A stretch of DNA of 64,000 nt. Origin: Podarcis pityusensis. Lineage: Eukaryota. A model generated the notes under the pieces. It searched no databases. It was given only the letters and a program-made list of their open reading frames with translations, and was not told the DNA's origin. Of this stretch, positions 55,571 through 64,000 are shown piece after piece; within the stretch, counting starts at the first letter, position 1, and every line of letters begins with the position of its first letter. Both the position numbers and the translations under genes were made by a program. The stretch lies in NCBI GenBank assembly GCA_964106645.2, contig OZ067040.1. One strand, given 5' to 3'.

Positions 55571-58500
55571 GAGCCTTTTCACAAAACTTCCATATCAACA
55601 TCTAGTTTTGCATGGTGCAGATGGAGGGAAGGATGGGAGTTTCAAAGCAATGTCTGGGTCCCACAAAAGTCTATGCATAAATAGATCCTAAGCTTCACTG
55701 GCCTAGGCAGTCTCTCTGTTTTAGAAGTGGTCATGGTGATTCAAACCATTTGATTTTAGGCATCTAAGTTGTGTGCCTTTTTGCATGCTATACCAATATC
55801 ATTTATTATTTTTTTTTAAAAAGAACCCTTCTTACTGTCACTACTTTATGTTCTGAGCACGCATTGGTCACCTGAAAAAAATTTTATGATGATCTTTGAC
55901 ACAAGCTATGGCTCGATATTAACAAAAGTTCAAACATTCCTCAGTTAATATGCCAAACCCTTTGCTCAATTTTCATTTTTAATCATCTGGCACCATAAGC
56001 TGATGTTTAATTTCCAGATACTAAAATAATCACAGATATTTAGACAACATTGTCTATTCAGAGAACAGCTCAACCCATTATTTGTCCCTGTAATACTGAA
56101 ATAATCAATATGGCTCAATATATAATTTGTTGACAATATGAATGCTATGGGGGAAGTGTTGGGGCATGTCTGAAGAGGAGAAAACTCAGGTTCACCTCAG
56201 ACACTACAAAAATACTTTAGACCATATTTCTTTTTCCATCTCCGACATCAACACAATGAAAAATTACAATTCAACAATCAATACGCCACCAACTCTACAG
56301 AGATCCATTGGTGTATTATCTATATAGTCAGATACATCTGCTTGCTACAAGCACACATGACACAATATCATGGGGACAGAACAAATGTTTTGTGTACAAT
56401 AGCAAGAATGTACAAAGAAAAAAACTGAGGTTGAAAAGGAAGCACAATTAATTTGAATGTCAGCACAAATCCTATTCTGAAAAACACTTGTTTCTTCTCC
56501 TACTCCTTTTGACTTTCCCCAAGTCATTCCTCATTTCCTTATTATTAAACCTCTAACTTCTCTGCATCCAGTCTCTTATTTGTTTCTATTGCACAACCTA
56601 TGATCTGCCAAGTTGAACACAGCCCTTCATCAACCATAAAGGTCCAGCCGGACCTCAATAAACCCCTTTTGTTGCTTGCTTGAGACTTGAAAACAAATGC
56701 ATTCTCTGTGTTGACACCTTCCCCAGTTGTAGACTGTCCCTTCCCTGGAAACATGTCTGCCTTATGGCATTTTGGCACCAGACAGAGACCTGTTTATTTG
56801 CCCAGACATTTATGGGTTGTTAAGTACAGTTATGGCAAGTTGGCCATTGCTTCAGTTTGTGTCTGAACCATGACTGAATTTTAGAGTTCTGTTTTTATTG
56901 TCTCATAATTGTTTCAAATTGTTGTAGTTTTCAATTACGTTGTAACCCATCCTAGATTGATGTGATGAGGAACTGGCTAAGCACATATTTTTAAACAAAA
57001 TATCAGGAGAAGGGGTGATAAGGATATGACTATCACAATCATATCTATTTATAAGTTGTACAGAACTGGTCAAATGTAAGTTCCCTGGGCCAGGAAAAGC
57101 TTACTTCTGTATTATATACTAGATTGCTGCTGAAGCATAATAGACTACTTATTAGTAGCACCAGCAGTGCAATCACAACATTGGTTGGATTAAATCCCGG
57201 TACTTCTGCCTAACTAGGCTGTGTTTTGATGGAATTATAGCTATTCTCATCCAGTGATCTTCTTTTCTTGCTTAATTCTAAATACAAGTGAACAGATAAG
57301 AGAAGAAATTTGTGTCAGGACTGAAGGTTGCATCTAACAGTATAACTGCATGAGCAGAACAAATACTGTACATGCAACAGAACTTCTTCTCCCTCTCCCC
57401 TCTCCTGCCCAATCTGCTCTTCCTAACCTTCGAGAGCAAGTTTCGGGTGTATCTGTGTAAGGGGAGGAAAAGTTCCACTGTGTGAGCAGAAGTCATTTGT
57501 CATGTTCAAAGACTTTGTTGGATACAAATCCTTACATTGAGGGTTGACCCTACCATTAGGCAGAGTGAGGTGGCTGGCTCAGGTGACTGAGTTCGGCTGT
57601 CACGAAAGGGCAGAAAATAATTAATTTATTGTCATTTTTATTTTATTTTATTTTATTGCTAGGGAGAGATGCTTGTGGTATTTTCTGCATCATGTGCCAA
57701 AATAATTTGGCCAGTCTTGGTTACTATGCACCTTGACTTTAAGAGTGCCACCATTTGCTGCTCTGCCTCAGGCAGCAAAACGTCTTGGATGGCCCCTATT
57801 AGCCACTTTGTACTTTCAACATTAACATCAATACAACTACTGTAGTAACCATCACAACACCTTTTTATGCCTCACATACAATACAGGCCAACTTCAGTTC
57901 ATACTTATTAATAAAATGTTCTCTCACCTTGCACAGTGCAGATAAGCCCCATTTAGATGTTCTCCATCACTGACAATCCAGTTCAACAAATCCTCACGGA
58001 ATAAGCCTACACCTTAAGCACGTTCTTAGGCTTCTGGCCTCCCCTAAGAATGCTTAAGTTCTTTAGTGAATTGAGGTCCTAAAAGGGTAATTCCTTGGTC
58101 CTTACTACACTTTAATTTATACAAACTATCCATGCCAATTCTTGTGTGTGAAGGCTTCAATGCATACACACAATAGCTGTAATCCCTTTCAAAACCCCAC
58201 TAGTTCCTCAAAAACTCTTTCATACCGGTTTTATGAAATTTGTGTATAAATTGACATGAGAAAGTAAAATCATGGCTAGGCTGCCATTTATTGCCCTGCT
58301 TCTGCAAATGAAATCCATTACTGGGTTTGCGTGAAGCATTACCATAGTGTGTCAGATAACAGACTTTGTAGACTTGTTTTTCACTATATACTCATCCTTT
58401 GTTTGTTTTTTTTAGAATAAAAAAGAACTCAGAAGATGGGTGTGTATGTGTCTCATACCTGCGTTTCATGTCTTCCCCCAAATAAAGATAAATTAAGTTA

Positions 58501-60243
58501 TTGTCCAATAACAAGAGAGCACTGTACTAATCAGTCCAACAAATGGAACCTGATATCGTTATCTATGTTTGTTACATACAAAAACAACACTACCACAGAA
58601 TTTTGTTGTGGAGTCTAAATATGCGTATCGGCATCGGCACCTGGCATTCTCACACAGTTGACAAGGCCTCAGGGTCTTGGCAAGACTCACACATGCTGAC
58701 ACCTGTCTGGTGACCCCTTTTGCTGGGCACCTTGTGTTGTGAGCAGCTGGATAGGGAGTGCTCTGTATTCCAACACAGTGCTGCTCCAGGTATAGTGTGA
58801 ACTATAATCTAAATTATGTCAGGATTGGCTGTGGGTGGGAAGGGATGCAGAATTACCATACAAACAGGTCCCAGAAACACTCAAGCCCTCTTCACCATGA
58901 TGCACCTAGAAAGTTGGGCAGACTGCACACCTCCCACTTTGTCTACACAGAATTTCATTACAGTCCAAAGACAGGATTGCTCAAAGCGTCATCTGTTACT
59001 CTAGATACTGCTGGCATGCTTAAACAGGCAACAGAAGTTTCTTGCTTTATTTAAAGAATTTACAACCCCCTTTTTCTACAAAACCTTATACCTTGAAGGT
59101 TGCCTCACAACAAAACGATGCGAGCATTCTCCAGTTCATATATCTTTCACTACTTTTCACACCGATCTCACTCTATGTCTGTTCCAAGATGTTAGGTCTA
59201 TTGTGGATTTGTTTGGACTATGGTTAAGATTGTCACTTGGACATTACTGTACCTCTTCTTCACTGCTAGAAACCAGATTGTTTTACACTGACATGTTGTA
59301 TATTAAAAAACTGAAGTGAAAACATGGCACACATCTCCCCTCCCTCCTTCTGCCCACAAAGGTCTAGTAATCATGTGAAGTCTCAGTGCTAATCTATATT
59401 CCACAATCATTACACCCCCCCGCCGCCCCCTGCCAAAGTAGAGTCATCAGCAGAATCAGGTGATATATAATAATTACAGGTTTTCCAGCACTACCCTCCT
59501 TCAGCCCCAAAAAACACCCCATCAAGAATTTGGTAATATATTAGGGCCATAATTAACATGACTAACAAAAGGTGTTGGAACTGCAGCTAAGTTCAACACA
59601 TTTTCATTTCTCAAACCTCAGAGAGCAAGCACATTATCTTTGTGAGTTAGCAAAGCATTACATAAGCCATAATTCTGGCTCTCCTAGACATTAAAATGGA
59701 TGCTAAACCACATGGCCTGGGGCCACTGCCCATTTGTATTGCAAACTTAATAACAATAATCCACCAAACTCAATCATTAGACATTATTTGGGGAGGGGAG
59801 AAACAAAGCAATCCAGAATCCAGCATGATATAAAGTTTTTGACATGTTTGCATGAAAAGTTCCAGGCAACACCATCATCAAATGAATAGAATTCCCTTAA
59901 TATAGCAGAAGTCTGCTTATCTGCTTTAAAAACAAACAAAACAAAAACACATCCTTATTCTTGTTGCTTTTCTGCAACCTACCGTTGGCCAATTATGTCA
60001 ACCTTGTGTAATTAAGGACCAAGTGATATTGACCTGTGCCTCAACTTTTTCAGCCTAACGGATCGGGCCGCAGAAGCAGTTGTGAGTCTCAAGGCTACAA
60101 TTTCTGACATAGAAAAAGGCAGAAATCATACCATTTTTATTACTACCAAGCAGGCAGGTGAGATAAATAGACTTCCGCTCTATTACATGGGCATGAACAT
60201 ATACAATACTCAGATGCGGTCTGCATAACCCACACCATTGTTA

Positions 60244-60534
<291 letters not shown>

Positions 60535-60752
60535 TTAGACAGATAGTACACAATTTGAAGCCTTGATAGTAACACTTCTTACAGTTTGTTTACTGCACAC
60601 AAGCGGCAGCAATGCATTTATTTATGTATTTAAGCGCTTAAGTTGTGTTTTAGCAGGACACCTTCCTTCAACAAAAGCCCAGAGAAAACAAATTATAATT
60701 ACACCACATGTGGCTAATAGCAAAAGAAATAGGGAAATGGTCCTATTAAACC

Positions 60753-60783
<31 letters not shown>

Positions 60784-61558
60784 CACACACAGAGAGATAT
60801 GTTCACACAGAGATATGTTCCCTTGCTATATGAGGCAATAAGGGGAGGAGCATAATTACAGCAGCTCTGCAAGGAGATAGCAAAAGTTACCTGAGCATAT
60901 TACATGTGCATATAAGTTTTGGAGCAATAGCAATTCCAGGGCCTACCTGCCCCTGGAATAATTTCTAAATCTAGGATAATCAAGGTGTGGGCAATGAGTC
61001 CACATGTGCTTTGATATCTAGTGCGTCCACCAACCTCCTGAAGTCTGCTCATTGAACTATACTGCCACTGGCCCGACATTTAACATCACTAAAATTTTGA
61101 ACTGGTTAGTGCTGGCACCATCAGTCTTTTCAGCTCCCCAAGAGGGCATAATGGTTGACATGCCTCCTTTACACATACTTTTTTCTCACCTACCATTAAG
61201 AAAAGGAAAATGCCATATTGGCAGGCTCGTGTGGTGAGATCAAACAGACCTTTTTAAAGTTCTGTGATTTGACTATTTTGCTGTTTCTTTGCAGTATCTA
61301 TGGTCTTATTTCAACTGCTGTTGACCTTAGCATTGCTGGGAACTCATTATTGCAACAAATCATGGCGTGTAATACTGTGTATAAAATTAGAAGCTTCCCA
61401 CAACCCCTCCCCCGGAAGAGACCAACTCACGTCTCTTCAAAGGTGAGGGGTGGTGGGACAAACTCATCCCTGATAAGTGTGGCAATGTCATTTTCAAGTG
61501 CTTCCCCACTGCAATCATAAAATGGCAAATATATAACAATGCAAAATTTAAAAACATC

Positions 61559-61592
<34 letters not shown>

Positions 61593-64000
61593 AAAAAAAA
61601 CCCTTCTAAGCTGAAATAAAATACAGATGGCAGATTTGCTCCAATGCATGACTGTAAATTTGTTAAAGGAAAGCCTCAACTGCACTATCATGGATGGGAG
61701 CTCAAATACGTATTAGTTCGTTTAATAAGATGGTCTGATAATATAGCTTGGCCTCTCAAAGTGAATGTGAGAAATGTCACATAACCATAAACTTTTAGAC
61801 TTCCAAAGTATTATTTCGTTGGAATTTAGGTAAAAGATATGTATGTATAAATAAGATTTTATTACTCATCCACTTTGATTTTATTTCACATGCTGGGGTG
61901 GAAAATTACTTCTGAGAGAACAGAGCCCAACAGTGTTCTGCAAACACAGAACCAAGATCAATAAAGCAAAAAGCTGCTTTAAACTATGAAAATAGAATTC
62001 ATATACTGTGCCGTCAAAACAAGTGCTAATTGTACACTGGATCACATATTCTGTAAATCAGATTTCTTCTCAAAAGGCTTTTAAAAATGTATCCTACTCC
62101 ACTTGCAGTGCAAAAGGGAAATTTCCCCAGGAAGCACCACCTCTGTGGGAAATCCTAAGTAACCTGACTTCAGTTCTGGATGCCAAAGGCACCACCATTT
62201 TACTCAGCTTGAAGACAAAAAGGCAGAAGCATGTTGTTGCTGCTAAGGACACATCTTTAGGTCAAGGTGTGCAGCAAAACAAAAAACAAAAAAAACCCAA
62301 CCCCCCAAAACTTGGGCGCTTCTTATGGGTTACCCTGTTTGAAATCAAGTTGAAGGTAATAACAGCAGTCAATACGTGCTTAGCCAGCACAAATATCACA
62401 GGGCGAGCTTCAGAGTTTTCATCTTAAGAGCTCTTACAGGAGAAAGGCAGCGGAGAAGTCAAATCTGAGGTGACAATGTAACTCAGATCACCTATCAAGA
62501 TCTGAAAGGCACGACAGTCCCAGCGGCAAAAGCAAAAGTGCCAAAACATCTATTTGAGGAATCTGTCAAAAGCTCAGGTGCTGCTTCTTATAAGAAGCTT
62601 CCTTTGCATGGCATTTGACTTTGCACTAAAGAAATTCTGGTTCGAAAGCAATGGCAAGGCTACACCAGCTTTGTTCTGTTCCTCTTGGCAGCTGCCACGG
62701 AAGAGTCTTATCTGTGGTACTGCTGTTTTGATCAACAAAGGAGTTTCCCCCAAAAATTGTTTCTGAAGTGGAAGAGCATGTGGAACACCAAACCCTAAAT
62801 CTGTAAACTCACATCGTATTTCTGAATGATGAACAAAATCAGCCATGCTTCTTCTTTGGAAAAATGATCTTGTTTTTCTAATGGCATGGAGAAAGCACAC
62901 TAATACATATGTGATTTCTGCGCCTAATTTAACTATCCTTCTCCCCTCTCCCCCCCCCCCCATTTTTAGACTGTAGAAGAAGCCAGGAAAAAATAATACC
63001 AGGGAAACTCTGTAGTGTTTGGCTTTCAAATAGTGGCATTCACTATTAGCAAATTTTCCCGTGCTTTGCATTTTCAGTCTTCCAGATTATGGAGTGAATT
63101 GCAACAAAACCTGCAGTTCCAGGGCAGTACTAAGTGCATTTTCAAATACCATTTGAATGAAGATTAGAAACATCATTAGTAGTAAAACCACCACAAGATT
63201 TCTAAGCTAAAACACGATTCCTGCTTTCTTTTGTGTATGGACGATACTATTAAAATGTCTTTGCCACTGGATTTGCATTGCCATTGGATTAATGAGAGAT
63301 CTGAAGGCACTCTAAAGGTAGCTTCAGACATCATGTTTGTGGGTTTGCTTTTGACATCACTGTAAGTCGTAAATGCATGTGGAAATGAATCCAAAATAGC
63401 CCAACATGTTTTGACCAAACCCTCAGCTTTGAGCTTGAGTTTTGGCTGGATTTTTTTCAGATGATTCAGTATCAGGAGGCCACTAAAAATGGTCATTAGA
63501 CATGTCACTGTGAGAGAGGAAAGCAAAATCTAAATCTATACCTTCAAGTGAAGCCATTCTGTTAATGTTTATAATGAACTAGTTTCCTGACAGAAAACAT
63601 AGGAAAACTCTCTCTTTTTTCCTAGGGAATGCTGTGTACATCTACATATATGCATTTAATTAGAAAATATTACAGCAGTTGGGTGACCTACACAGCACAG
63701 GACATAGCCTTAGGATCCTGACTCTCAAGATTCCCAAGAAAGGTAACTGCTTCAAGGAAATGCTTATAGGTTCTGCACAGGACAACCTAGAAACTGTATT
63801 CCTGAGGAATGAGATGAATCATGAATTATTGGCAGCAATAAAACTGTAAGCCATATGATGGTGTAACTTTATCATTCTTTTTAGAGAGAATAAGAAGCCA
63901 ACTAAACCTCAGTGGGTGGTTTTCATTGTTAAATCTAAGAATGAAAATACTTTTGAATTAGAAATCCATACTGGCAAACTAAAATTTTGAAAAATAGGGC

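Overview
Vertebrate genomic DNA, very probably from a squamate (lacertid-type lizard), judged from the Sauria-SINE, L2, BovB, Penelope and MITE content. Two genes lie on the minus strand in the gene order known from other amniotes. The first is the 3' half of MYT1L: 12 visible coding exons from 60499 to the stop at 11646, all GT-AG and phase-consistent, followed by a ~2.8 kb 3'UTR. The second, about 6 kb downstream, is the CpG-island promoter and first coding exon of PXDN (peroxidasin). Most ORFs in the supplied track are spurious. I found no convincing new biological system. The best leads are: (i) a probable extra zinc-finger cassette exon of MYT1L hidden in the N gap at 47241-47422, with two in-frame acceptors visible at the gap edge; (ii) a run of symmetric phase-2 exons that makes the finger array modular; (iii) a diverged copy of a MYT1L 3'UTR segment inside a MYT1L intron beside a long-TIR MITE; (iv) a perfect (GT)17/(AC)17 fold-back pair just upstream of an exon; (v) a polyQ/polyP insert in the PXDN N-terminus. 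Gene and repeat identities come from recalled sequence, not from database searches.
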